Origin: an uncultured Chloroflexia bacterium
Lineage (GTDB): Bacteria > Chloroflexota > Ktedonobacteria > Ktedonobacterales > JADMIN01
DNA: 64,000 nucleotides
Reading direction: 5' to 3'
Assembly: GCA_963702665.1 (NCBI GenBank)
Contig: CAVPDP010000018.1
Coordinates: forward strand, 59,130 to 123,129
Below the pieces are notes generated by a model. The model saw only the letters and a list, made by a program, of their open reading frames with translations. It was not told the origin of the DNA and searched no databases. Position 1 is the first letter of the stretch. Each line of letters opens with the position of its first letter. The position numbers and the translations under genes were made by a program. Of this stretch, positions 1 to 9,084 are shown piece after piece.

Positions 1-106
1 ATACACTGGCGATGACGCAGTGGTGTGACCTGGTTTTCCCGCTGGGGTCGCTCATGCGCGCAAGCTACTGCGGATCAGTGCGGATCGGCGCGGGGCCACC
101 GAGGAG

Positions 107-931
107 GTGTACATGGGGTTGGTAGACCCGGAGGAGTTAGAAGACGACTTCGAGATCGAGTTCAGCCAGATCACCGGCTCCTCCCGGCATCCCGCGATTC
201 CGTTCTGGAGCGCTCGCTCGCCCGACCTGGCGCCCACCTCTGGCCAACGACGGCGACGCTATAGCCGCATCGCGGCGCTCGTGGCCATCATCAGCCTCGT
301 ACTCATCAACAGCCTCACCCTCTCAGGGATTTTTCCCGCTGGCCTGCCGTTCGTCTCTTCGACGCTTTCCAGAGAGGGGATGACCGCGCATGCGGCTGGC
401 GATAGCTGGTTTATCGCTGCGCCAGCGTCCGCTCCACCTGCCCACCCTGACCAATGGGGCGGCCTGCCCGGTGACACCGCTGAGCAGAACTCCGGGATAC
501 AACTTCGGACGGTGACGGGCATTGGCGATTCGACGGTCTTCGTTGCGACACAATACATGGACGCGAATGGGGTCCAGCGTCCCGTACGCAGCAATTTCTT
601 CCACCTCGCCGCCACCTATCGCGGTGAACTGGTGACGTGGTATCTCAAGTTCCCCGATGTTGAAGCCGGTACTCATCCGTGGGGCGCAATTGGACGGCCC
701 AAATCCCCTGCTCTTCGATGGCGGCATCGAGCAGGCGAAGTTTGCTCGATAACTGCATGGGCTGGCCGTGCCTTGCCCGAACTGCTGCTCTCCAGCGACC
801 CAGGCCACGGCTCACCAGTCGCAACCTGGGCGACGATTACGCGTGTCGCAAGCTCAGGCTGTTACGCCTACCAGGTCGATACGCCGACGAAGACGATGGT
901 GCTGGTCTTCGAGGCGACTGTCGCGCCATAA
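107..931 (+). CDS. Hypothetical membrane-anchored protein (acidic N-terminus, basic patch, one TM helix, extracellular domain)
   Basis: SD GAGGAGG just upstream; RRRRY followed by hydrophobic IAALVAIISLVLINSLTL; start is GTG107 or ATG113. Confidence 0.7.
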   Translation: MYMGLVDPEELEDDFEIEFSQITGSSRHPAIPFWSARSPDLAPTSGQRRRRYSRIAALVAIISLVLINSLTLSGIFPAGLPFVSSTLSREGMTAHAAGDSWFIAAPASAPPAHPDQWGGLPGDTAEQNSGIQLRTVTGIGDSTVFVATQYMDANGVQRPVRSNFFHLAATYRGELVTWYLKFPDVEAGTHPWGAIGRPKSPALRWRHRAGEVCSITAWAGRALPELLLSSDPGHGSPVATWATITRVASSGCYAYQVDTPTKTMVLVFEATVAP

Positions 932-987
932 CTGGGCTGTGGCTGCCAGGCGAGATCCGTCTGGGGTGTTGTCATCGGGGCGGAGCG

Positions 988-1145
988 CGGGCGGTTGAAA
1001 CCGCGCCTGAATGGCCTCCCGGTGGTCGGCCACAAAACCGGCCTGCGCAGGTTGCACAGAACGCGGCCCACCGGATGCCCCGTTGGCGCACGCTCTGCAG
1101 CCCGCGCAGGCGGGCTTCCTGGCTCGCTGGCGTAGCCGCCATTAA
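988..1145. repeat. Degenerate copy of intergenic palindromic repeat family B (REP-like)
   Basis: GGCGGTTGAAACCGCGCC hairpin and GCCTGCGCAGG / GCCCGCGCAGGCGGGC palindromes resembling the copies at 18.9, 50.7, 57.6 and 59.0 kb. Confidence 0.6.
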
Positions 1146-1176
1146 GGCCAGCGCTGCTGTCTAGATCTATGTGTGG

Positions 1177-1983
1177 CTATGCGGGGCGGCACACCTTGCA
1201 CGGCCGATAGCCACTGGCCACCGCTTCACGCGCCGAACTGAATGTGATGCGGTGCTGTGGAGCCACGCGGCGCGCATGGCGGCAGGTGGGGAAGCAGAAG
1301 ACGTTTGCGGTATCGCTGCCGAGGTACTGCACGTGCTCGTGCGCCAGTGTCTCCAGCGTCTCTGGCTCGGCGCCCTCCACCTCTAACAGCGCCCGCTTGA
1401 CGCTCGTGCCACCCATGGCGTATTGGCCAAGCTGGCCATCGCTCAACACCACACGGTGGCAGGGAATCAGCAGCGGTATCGGATTGCGCTTGAGCGCGCT
1501 GCCAACCGCTCGCACCGCGTGTGGGCGGCCAATTTCGCGGGCGATCCAGCCATAGGGACGTACCTGCCCACGGGGGATCTCTAGCGCCTTGCGCAGCACC
1601 GCCTGCTCAAATTCTGAAAGGGCGTGCAGATCGAAGGGCAGCGGCGCCTTGCGCTCGCCACGGATGGTGGCCTCCAGCGCGGGTCGCAGTGTGGCGGCGG
1701 TCTTCGCATCGGTTTCGACCGCACGGCGCTGGAAGTGCTGCATGAAGTCTTGGGCGAAGGTAGCGGCGTTATCGCGGCGCATCACCGCTGTGATGCCGTG
1801 GCTGTTCCAGGCGACGAAGACGGTTCCAACGGGTGTCTCAAGTGGCAGGTAGCTATCGGCCAGGCCCGTCATCAGCAAGACTGTCGGGAGCAGGCTCGCG
1901 GGTGGCTCTACTTCGCGCAGGCTGTGCAGCGCACGCACGAGCGCACGTGGCGATGGATGAGATGGTTGATCTCTGTTCTTCAT
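1177..1983 (-). CDS. ogt: Methylated-DNA--protein-cysteine methyltransferase with C-terminal Ada-type Zn-binding domain
   Basis: Active site NPIPLLIPCHRV; HTH-like YGWIAREIGRPHAVRAVGSA; C-terminal FCFPTC...GYRPCKVCRP. ATG1983 overlaps the sigma stop (ATGA) with SD GGAG. Confidence 0.9.
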   Translation of the reverse strand: MKNRDQPSHPSPRALVRALHSLREVEPPASLLPTVLLMTGLADSYLPLETPVGTVFVAWNSHGITAVMRRDNAATFAQDFMQHFQRRAVETDAKTAATLRPALEATIRGERKAPLPFDLHALSEFEQAVLRKALEIPRGQVRPYGWIAREIGRPHAVRAVGSALKRNPIPLLIPCHRVVLSDGQLGQYAMGGTSVKRALLEVEGAEPETLETLAHEHVQYLGSDTANVFCFPTCRHARRVAPQHRITFSSAREAVASGYRPCKVCRPA

Positions 1984-2558
1984 ACTCCTACTCCAATTCG
2001 CTCGCTCTGCAACACATCGCGCAGTTGTCGTGTGCCGCGATGCACATGCGCCTTGACGGTGCCTTCTGGCTGCTCCAGCAACTCGGCGATCTCGCGATAG
2101 GTGAAGCCCTCGACATGGCGCAACACCACTGCGGCGCGCATATGCGCTGGCAGCGCGACCAGTGAGGCTGCCATCCGCTGCCGTAGCTCGGCCGATTCCA
2201 CTGCGGCGTCGGGTCGCTCGCGCCAATCGTCGGCTGGCTCGATGACTGGTCTGCCGTCTGGCGATTCCAGCGGTACCACGCTCAACGTGCGCCGCGCGAT
2301 GCGGTTGCGAAAGACATTGAGCGCGATCTGATAGAGCCACGCCTTCATGCGCATCGTGCGAATGCGCTCCGGTGGCCATTGACTGAGCGCACGCCATGCG
2401 CGCACGAACGTGTCTTGAGCAATTTCCTCGGCATCCTGGGGACTGGCGGTCATTCGCAGCGCGAAGGCGTAGACGCGCTGTTGCCAATGGAGCACCAACG
2501 CCTCAAAAGCCTGCCCTGGGTTGGCGGCCAGCGCCAGCAGCAGTTCTTCGTCGGGCAC
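1980..2558 (-). CDS. ECF-type RNA polymerase sigma-70 factor
   Basis: Region 2 DAEEIAQDTFVRAW...WLYQIALN; region 4 GFTYREIAELLEQPEGTVKAHVHRG; probable GTG start at 2558 after GAGAGGA. Confidence 0.92.
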   Translation of the reverse strand: MPDEELLLALAANPGQAFEALVLHWQQRVYAFALRMTASPQDAEEIAQDTFVRAWRALSQWPPERIRTMRMKAWLYQIALNVFRNRIARRTLSVVPLESPDGRPVIEPADDWRERPDAAVESAELRQRMAASLVALPAHMRAAVVLRHVEGFTYREIAELLEQPEGTVKAHVHRGTRQLRDVLQSERIGVGV

Positions 2559-2690
2559 AATAGTCGTCCTCTCGTGAACGCGTCTCACATAAAGAGAGAA
2601 CATGGGCTGCGGTCAGATCGTTGCAGCGATAGATTGCACTGTACAATACAGAACCCCCTCCGCGATATGGGAGGGGGTAATGGCGGTGAC

Positions 2691-2825
2691 AAACCTCTCC
2701 CGGCCTTCGGCCACCCTCCCCTACGAGGGGAGGGACCAGGCGACCAGAGTGGCGACGGGCGCCACGATTCTGGCTCCCCTCATCCTGCCTGCCGGAGCAG
2801 CGGGCTGGGGGTGAGGTTCTGCCCC
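2691..2825 (+). repeat. Intergenic palindromic repeat family A
   Basis: AACCTCTCCCGGCCTTCGGCCACCCTCCCCTACGAGGGGAGGGA...GGGCTGGGGGTGAGG; same core recurs at 42.4, 43.9, 45.7 and 59.3 kb. Confidence 0.85.
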
Positions 2826-2889
2826 ATTCCTCGAATAACAAGTTAAACAATATTGAGGGAGTAGCCTCGAACCGGGAGGGGTTATTCGC

Positions 2890-3654
2890 CTAGTGCGCTC
2901 CGGCCATCGTCTGCTGGGTGCGGCGCTCAGCCCGGCGCGAGATGAGCGCGAGGCTGTAGCAGATGACGAAGTAGATCGCCAGATCGATAGCATACAGGCC
3001 GAGGCGAACGAAGTAGTTGGAAGTCGCAATCGCTGATGTAAAGATGACCAGTTCGAGGTCGTATACGCCAACTACGACCGTAGATACAATTGCGGTATCT
3101 TGCACGAGCGTGATCAGATTGTTGGTCAGCGGCGGGATCATGATGCGCAATGCCTGAGGTAGTACGATAAAACGTGACGTTTGGAAACGACTTAGCCCCA
3201 GCGAGAGCGACGCCTCAGTCTGTCCTTGCTCCACCGACAACACTCCCGCCCGGATAACCTCAGCCATGTACGCGCCATAGTTGACGCTCAGCGCAATGAT
3301 CCCAAAAAAGAGGCCACTGACACTGGTCGTTGGGAAGAGCGCGTTCGAGTTGAGCGCGGTGAGCAAATTGTAGAGAGACTGGTCAGCGGAGAAGCCAAAG
3401 AGGCTGATCATCACAATCTGGACACCAAAGAACCATACTGAGAGCTGGAGGAATAACGGCGTGCCCCGAATCGTCTCAACATAGAACGTACATAGCGTCC
3501 GAATGATAGAGGAGCGCGAGACACGTCCCAGACCTACGGGAATCGCAATCGCCATTGACAGGATGGCGCTGAAGATGAAAATCACGAGCGTTATCGCCAC
3601 GCCGCTCACCAGCTTGGGGAAGATGATGACCAGCGTATTCCAGAGGGCATCCAT
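2890..3654 (-). CDS. Polar amino acid ABC transporter permease
   Basis: YVETIRGTPL; EAA loop GQTEASLSLGLS; PQALRIMIPPL. Confidence 0.93.
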   Translation of the reverse strand: MDALWNTLVIIFPKLVSGVAITLVIFIFSAILSMAIAIPVGLGRVSRSSIIRTLCTFYVETIRGTPLFLQLSVWFFGVQIVMISLFGFSADQSLYNLLTALNSNALFPTTSVSGLFFGIIALSVNYGAYMAEVIRAGVLSVEQGQTEASLSLGLSRFQTSRFIVLPQALRIMIPPLTNNLITLVQDTAIVSTVVVGVYDLELVIFTSAIATSNYFVRLGLYAIDLAIYFVICYSLALISRRAERRTQQTMAGAH

Positions 3655-3675
3655 AAATGTTGTTCCTTTCCCCTA

Positions 3676-4818
3676 CTATTCGGCTTTGGCGGCAACAGGC
3701 GGATTGACCGTTCGACTCGGTTTATCTGGACGCTTGAGTAGATCGAGGACACTGCCAGGAAGGCTGATGATGCCTCCTAGCACGACCAGGAAGAAAAGCA
3801 TGATGAACAATATAAGCCCAACAGCAGCGATCCACTGGCCTATCGCGCTAACTATGGCGCCGAAACCGATGCCCACCGCCAGGATACCTGCCAGCAATCC
3901 GATAAGCGTCGAGGCGAACAACACCTGCACTGCCGCCACGATGGGGTCGACGCGTGGAATATAGGTTACCGATCTCAATCGCGCCTCGATTTCACGAGCA
4001 AACCGCGCCAGCGGGAGGCTCAGCGCCAGATAGATAAGGCCGCCGATGAGAATGAACTGCCAGAAATTGACGGGGTAGCGACGTCCCAACCCGGTTGTTT
4101 GTGCGGTTAGTTCGATGATGGTGATGGCGCTCAGTAGCGCGGAGTCCTTGAACATATAGATGAGGTCGTTGAGTACTGGCGGCAGGACGACGGAGATTGT
4201 CTGCGGCAGCACCACATGTCGCAGACTCTGGATGTATCCCATACCGAGCGATTCGGCCGCCTCGCCCTGGCCGCGATCCACCGCTGCGAGGCCCCCACGC
4301 AGGTTCTCGCACTCATACGCGGCATAGTTTAACACCAGCGTCGCCACGCCAGCAGTGAATGGATTGAGCAGCCAGTGCGGCAGGAAGGTGAGGCCCAAAT
4401 AGATCGCTAACATCTGCACAAACAGCGGGGTATTGCGGAAAAATTCGACATAGGTGCGCGCCGGAACAACTATGAGACGGTGCTTCGAGCGCGACATCAG
4501 CGCCAGCGCCAGGCCCAGCACGATAGCCAGTGGCATCGAGATAAAACAGAACTCGATGGTTAACGCCAGGCCTGAGAGGAAGTAGTTCCGCAGAGGAACA
4601 CCATTGGGAGTGGTCGCAGTAGTGAGGATTCGTAGCGTCTCTTGCAGAAAGTGCCATACATTGCCCACCAGCACCGATGGATCGAGCAGGCTGCCGGGTG
4701 TGCGGGTGTTCACTTTATCGAGCGCGCCCAGTGTCAGCGAACCACACGCGCCAAAGACGATCACCAGCACGGCGACGATGGCCACAAAGCGCACTGGAGG
4801 GGGTATTTTTTGCATCAC
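3676..4818 (-). CDS. Polar amino acid ABC transporter permease with extra N- and C-terminal TM segments
   Basis: YVEFFRNTPL; GQGEAAESLGM; additional hydrophobic helices at both ends. Confidence 0.92.
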   Translation of the reverse strand: MMQKIPPPVRFVAIVAVLVIVFGACGSLTLGALDKVNTRTPGSLLDPSVLVGNVWHFLQETLRILTTATTPNGVPLRNYFLSGLALTIEFCFISMPLAIVLGLALALMSRSKHRLIVVPARTYVEFFRNTPLFVQMLAIYLGLTFLPHWLLNPFTAGVATLVLNYAAYECENLRGGLAAVDRGQGEAAESLGMGYIQSLRHVVLPQTISVVLPPVLNDLIYMFKDSALLSAITIIELTAQTTGLGRRYPVNFWQFILIGGLIYLALSLPLARFAREIEARLRSVTYIPRVDPIVAAVQVLFASTLIGLLAGILAVGIGFGAIVSAIGQWIAAVGLILFIMLFFLVVLGGIISLPGSVLDLLKRPDKPSRTVNPPVAAKAE

Positions 4819-5031
4819 TGATTACCTCGCTCGCAACGCGCCACCGTGCCCCGCTTTGCGCATCCGGGATGGGCGCGATCACAAGATGTCTGGTGAGAGA
4901 CATCCTTCAAGGAATAAGCCAAGAAACAACCCAAGATATAGCATGACCGGAGCGGCTTGTGAGAAACCACCCCGGTCGTATGTGCTTGCCGGGTTCGCCA
5001 TCAGCGGGAAACCCGGCGATTCAGCAAACTA

Positions 5032-6039
5032 CTAGCTCGGTGGCAGCGTTGGGCAGTTCGCCATATTCGTCGGATTCGTCGGCAGGAAGTTGCCGATGCA
5101 GGCGTCGAACGAGTTCCACATGTCGTATTTCACGAACACCGGGCTGCCATTGCCAGCGCTATTGTAGGCGCCGCCGGTCTGATAGATCTTCTGCAGCGTG
5201 CCGTCGGTGTACATCTGCGCGATGGCCTGGTTGACTTCCGGCAGAAGCGTCGCGGTGTTCGGGCCGTTCGGATCGAACGCGATGCCATAGTAGCCGGGGT
5301 TCAGGTCGCCGCCGACGATCTTGTACTTGCCGCTGGGGTCGTTCGCGCCGTACCACTTGGCGATTGGCGTATCGAGGAACTCGGCGTCAACACGCTTTGA
5401 GTCCAGGTCGGCGAACGGCGTCGGGGTATCGGTCGTGACGATGGTGATCTTCTGGCTGGGGTGAGCGGCGTTCCAGTCCTCCATGATGAACTGGGCCTTG
5501 TAGTCGGTGCCGGTCTCGACCGTCTTGCCAGCCAGGTCGGCGAAGCTGTTGATGGTCGTGTTGCTCGTGAGCACCACGATGGACTGTGTGTAGACATAGT
5601 ACGGAATGCTGAACTTGGCGGTCTTCGCATTCTCTGGCGTGATTTCCAGGCCATTCATGAAGAAGTCGAACTGATGCGTAGACAGACCCTGTGGCCAGTC
5701 GGACCAGGTGATCTGGGTCGGCTGCTGGGTCACATTCATCGCCTTGGCCATCGCGGTGGCGATATCCACCTCGAAGCCATAGTCGTCCGCGCCGGGGTTG
5801 TTGGCGTCTTTCGGCGCGATGTAGGGCATGCCGCCAGTCGAATCCTCGCCCCACTTGAGGACGCCGGGGATAAGCGTGCCCGCGTTTCCGATGGGTGTTA
5901 CGCCTGGTGTCGTCTTTGGCACGCTGGCATTGCCCGCGCCGCACGCGCTCAGCACGAGTATCGTCGCGCTCATCATCACCACTGAGGCGCGCGCCAGCCA
6001 GGAGCGACGTCTACCTCTTCCCACGTTCCAAACTGCCAT
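5032..6039 (-). CDS. Polar amino acid ABC transporter substrate-binding lipoprotein (SBP family 3)
   Basis: Lipobox LSAC; GFEVDIATAMAKAM; FSIPYY. Confidence 0.9.
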   Translation of the reverse strand: MAVWNVGRGRRRSWLARASVVMMSATILVLSACGAGNASVPKTTPGVTPIGNAGTLIPGVLKWGEDSTGGMPYIAPKDANNPGADDYGFEVDIATAMAKAMNVTQQPTQITWSDWPQGLSTHQFDFFMNGLEITPENAKTAKFSIPYYVYTQSIVVLTSNTTINSFADLAGKTVETGTDYKAQFIMEDWNAAHPSQKITIVTTDTPTPFADLDSKRVDAEFLDTPIAKWYGANDPSGKYKIVGGDLNPGYYGIAFDPNGPNTATLLPEVNQAIAQMYTDGTLQKIYQTGGAYNSAGNGSPVFVKYDMWNSFDACIGNFLPTNPTNMANCPTLPPS

Positions 6040-6095
6040 AACTGACTCACCTTCCTACAAACAATCCAGAAGTCCTGTGACAACGCTGTGACGCT

Positions 6096-6911
6096 CTACA
6101 CGGGATGAAGTACGCGATCCAGGAAGCTGCGCGTTCGTTCGTGCTGGGGATTGGCAAAGACCACCTCCGGATCCCCCTGCTCGACGATGCGCCCCTGGTC
6201 GATGAATACGACGCGATCCGCAACCGAGCGCGCGAAACCCATTTCATGGGTGACCACCACCATCGTGCGCCCTTCTTCGGCCAACTCGCGCATGACACGC
6301 AGCACCTCGCTGACCAGCTCGGGGTCCAGCGCCGAGGTTGGCTCATCGAAGAGCAGCGCCTTTGGACTCATCGCCAGCGCGCGCGCAATCGCCACACGCT
6401 GCTTCTGGCCGCCAGAGAGCTGCCCCGGATACGCCTGATCTTTATCGGCAAGGCCAACCTTCGCTAACAGCTTGCGCGCGGTTTCCTGCGCCTCCTCTTT
6501 GGGCGTCTTGCGTACCTGAATCGGGGCCAGCGTGATGTTTTCCATCACGGTCTTGTGGGGAAAGAGGTTGAAGTTGTAGAAGACCATGCCTAGTTCCCGG
6601 CGGATTTCGCTGAGTTCGCGGGCCGAGAGTTCACCGTGGAGTGTCTTGCCATCGATCACGATTTCGCCGTTGGTGGGCGTCTCAAGGTAGTTGATGCACC
6701 GAATGAGCGTGCTTTTGCCAGAGCCGCTCGGCCCGATGATGGCGACACACTCGCCACGCCGCACCGTAAAATCGATATCCTTGAGAATGTGCCGCTCGCC
6801 GAAAAACTTGTTCAGCTTGCGCACATCAATCATGAGCGCATTCTGCGCCACATCAGGCGGAACGCCCGATGGGTTTGACGCAAGGGGGGACGGCCATTCT
6901 GCATTGGCCAT
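6096..6911 (-). CDS. Polar amino acid ABC transporter ATP-binding protein (GlnQ-like)
   Basis: Walker [10 protein letters not shown], signature LSGGQKQR, Walker [23 protein letters not shown] before ATG6911. Confidence 0.95.
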   Translation of the reverse strand: MANAEWPSPLASNPSGVPPDVAQNALMIDVRKLNKFFGERHILKDIDFTVRRGECVAIIGPSGSGKSTLIRCINYLETPTNGEIVIDGKTLHGELSARELSEIRRELGMVFYNFNLFPHKTVMENITLAPIQVRKTPKEEAQETARKLLAKVGLADKDQAYPGQLSGGQKQRVAIARALAMSPKALLFDEPTSALDPELVSEVLRVMRELAEEGRTMVVVTHEMGFARSVADRVVFIDQGRIVEQGDPEVVFANPQHERTRSFLDRVLHPV

Positions 6912-7124
6912 GGGGGTCCTCCTCAATGTGGTGAGCGACGCCGGTCACCCGAACGGGAAGAATTATGTCGTATCCACGGGAGCATCACGCGCGATGCATA
7001 CGCGAGGCGCACGCAACACTGGCGCATATGAGCAATGGTCTCGTACTGAAATGTACGTGTGAAGTGGCCATGCGCTCACAACGACTTCGCCGCCATCTAC
7101 TCACCGCGAAAACTTGGTGGCCCT

Positions 7125-7195
7125 AGTATACGCGCATCACCTATACCCTGCGCCAGTTTCCATTGGCCAGTCTGTATGAATTACGTTATCCATAC
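7125..7195 (-). promoter_or_regulatory. Putative promoter (-10 TATACT) and upstream 22-bp imperfect palindrome for the ABC operon
   Basis: TATACT on the minus strand at 7130-7125; GTATGAATTACGTTATCCATAC (7174-7195) is 18/22 self-complementary. Confidence 0.4.
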
Positions 7196-7224
7196 TCATC
7201 GTACAGTGATACACCCATCACACA

Positions 7225-8757
7225 CTACGCGCGATGGTTGCGCGCCAGGCGAATGAGTAGTGTCTGACCCACGATCACAGCCTGGAGTTCGCCATTCATT
7301 CGGCCATAGGGATACCACCACGACTTCGCGCCGCCCTCGAAATCCCAGTGTACATGCTTGGTCTCGCGGAACTCGTCCAGCCCCTCCTCGCCCAGTTCGC
7401 GCCCGTTGCCGCTCATCTTCATGCCACCAAATGGCCCGGCGTCGTTATCGGTCAGCGGATCATTGACCCAGAGTGTGCCCGCCTGCACCTCTTCGTAGAA
7501 CTGCTTCACCTTGCGCGCGTCGTGTGTATAGAGGTTCGCGCCCAGGCCAAACGGGCTGTCGTTGGCCAGTTGTATCGCGTCGTCAAACTGGCGATAGGTC
7601 ATGATCGGAATCGTGGGGCCGAAGGTCTCTTCGCGCATGATGCGCATCGAATGGTCAACGCCCGTCAGCACCGTCGGCTCGTAGAAGAAGCCGCGCGGCT
7701 GCCCCGCTGGCCGCTGCCCGCCCGCCAGGATGTGCGCGCCATGCGCCCGCGCGTCCTCGACATGCGCCTCGACCTTCGCGCGAAATTGCGCGCCGATCAT
7801 CGGGCCGACATCGGTCTCGGGATTCATGCCGGGGCCAAGCCGCAGCCCACGCGCATACTCGACGATGCGCTCGATGAAGCGTGGGGCGATGCTCTCATGC
7901 ACATAGACACGCTCGGTGGAGGTGCAGACCTGCCCGGCGTTGAGCAGCGCGGCCCAGGCCACACCGGGGACGGCAATCTCCAGGTCGGCGTCTTCGGCGA
8001 CGATGAAGGCGTCTTTGCCGCCCAGTTCCAGGTGCAGCTTCTTGATCTGGTCGGCGGCGATACGGGCGATGCGCCTGCCCGTTTCCAGGCTGCCGGTGAA
8101 GGCGACCACCCGCACACGCGGATCAAGCACGAGCGGCTCCCCGGCGTCCTGGCCATAGCCAGTGACGATGTTGACGACGCCCGGCGGCAGGTGGCCAAAC
8201 ACCTCGGCGAGGGCCAGCGTGGAGAGTGGTGTCATCTCGCTCGGCTTGATGACCACCGTGTTGCCAGCGGCCAGCGCGGGCGCAACCTTCCACGCCATCA
8301 GCAGAATCGGATAGTTCCAGGGCACGATAGCGGCGACGACGCCGTACGGCTCCTTGAGCACCAGCGCGAGCTGTGACGCCTCAATCGAGGGAATGACCCG
8401 CCCGCGTGTATTGCGCCCAAGTTCGGCGTAATAGCGGAAACACGCCGCCGACCAGCTCATCTCGTCGCGGTTCTCGACCAGCGGCTTGCCGCCTTCGCGG
8501 GTGAGCAGGGTCGCCAGCGCCTCGGTGTTGGCGGTCAGCTTCGCCGCCACCTCGTGCAGCATCTCGGCGCGTTCGCCAGCGGAGAGACGCCGCCATCCCT
8601 GGAATGCCGCGCTCGCCGCGTCAACCGCCGCCCGCACGTCTTCGGCGTTCCCAGCGGGCACACTATCGATGATCTCTTCGGTGGCAGGATCCTGCACCGG
8701 GATCGTCTGCCCGCTGGCCGCCGCTCGCAATGCGCCATTGATCCACATCTCGCGCAC
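7225..8757 (-). CDS. NAD(P)-dependent aldehyde dehydrogenase (probable aminoaldehyde / 4-aminobutanal dehydrogenase)
   Basis: PWNYP, FTGS, ELGGK, GQVCTS, EETFGP and PFGG motifs; substrate inferred from the neighbouring aminotransferase. Confidence 0.9.
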   Translation of the reverse strand: MREMWINGALRAAASGQTIPVQDPATEEIIDSVPAGNAEDVRAAVDAASAAFQGWRRLSAGERAEMLHEVAAKLTANTEALATLLTREGGKPLVENRDEMSWSAACFRYYAELGRNTRGRVIPSIEASQLALVLKEPYGVVAAIVPWNYPILLMAWKVAPALAAGNTVVIKPSEMTPLSTLALAEVFGHLPPGVVNIVTGYGQDAGEPLVLDPRVRVVAFTGSLETGRRIARIAADQIKKLHLELGGKDAFIVAEDADLEIAVPGVAWAALLNAGQVCTSTERVYVHESIAPRFIERIVEYARGLRLGPGMNPETDVGPMIGAQFRAKVEAHVEDARAHGAHILAGGQRPAGQPRGFFYEPTVLTGVDHSMRIMREETFGPTIPIMTYRQFDDAIQLANDSPFGLGANLYTHDARKVKQFYEEVQAGTLWVNDPLTDNDAGPFGGMKMSGNGRELGEEGLDEFRETKHVHWDFEGGAKSWWYPYGRMNGELQAVIVGQTLLIRLARNHRA

Positions 8758-8799
8758 GGTGGAAACTCCTCTAATTCGGGGTTCGATGAATCGCTATGA

Positions 8800-9053
8800 C
8801 TATGCCTCGGCCCCAGCGCCCTCCGTGCCAACATTGTGGAAGTCGGCGCCCGTTTGCGTATGCCCACCACCAGCAGGATAATGCCGCCCACCAGGAGCAA
8901 CGCGCCCAGAATAGTGATGGCGATGGCTTCGATCAGCGCCGACTGATCCCCTCCTGGTTGGGTCCAGATGGCGACACCCTGGAGTGTGACGATGGCGCCA
9001 ACGCCGAGCACAATGAGACCAAGTCCAACCAGAATTTGACGCACCACGCGCAT
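8800..9053 (-). CDS. Small two-TM membrane protein (probable indel near the 3' end)
   Basis: Two hydrophobic helices; an alternative frame ends ...GAGAEA* at 8800, before the ALDH SD. Confidence 0.6.
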
Positions 9054-9084
9054 GCCGTCCCTGCCTTCCGTGATTCCTCAGCGG

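Noticed and set aside
7174..7195. ArgR ARG box
   Set aside because: Half-site spacing is 6 nt rather than the 4 nt of the ARG consensus; kept only as an unassigned palindrome.
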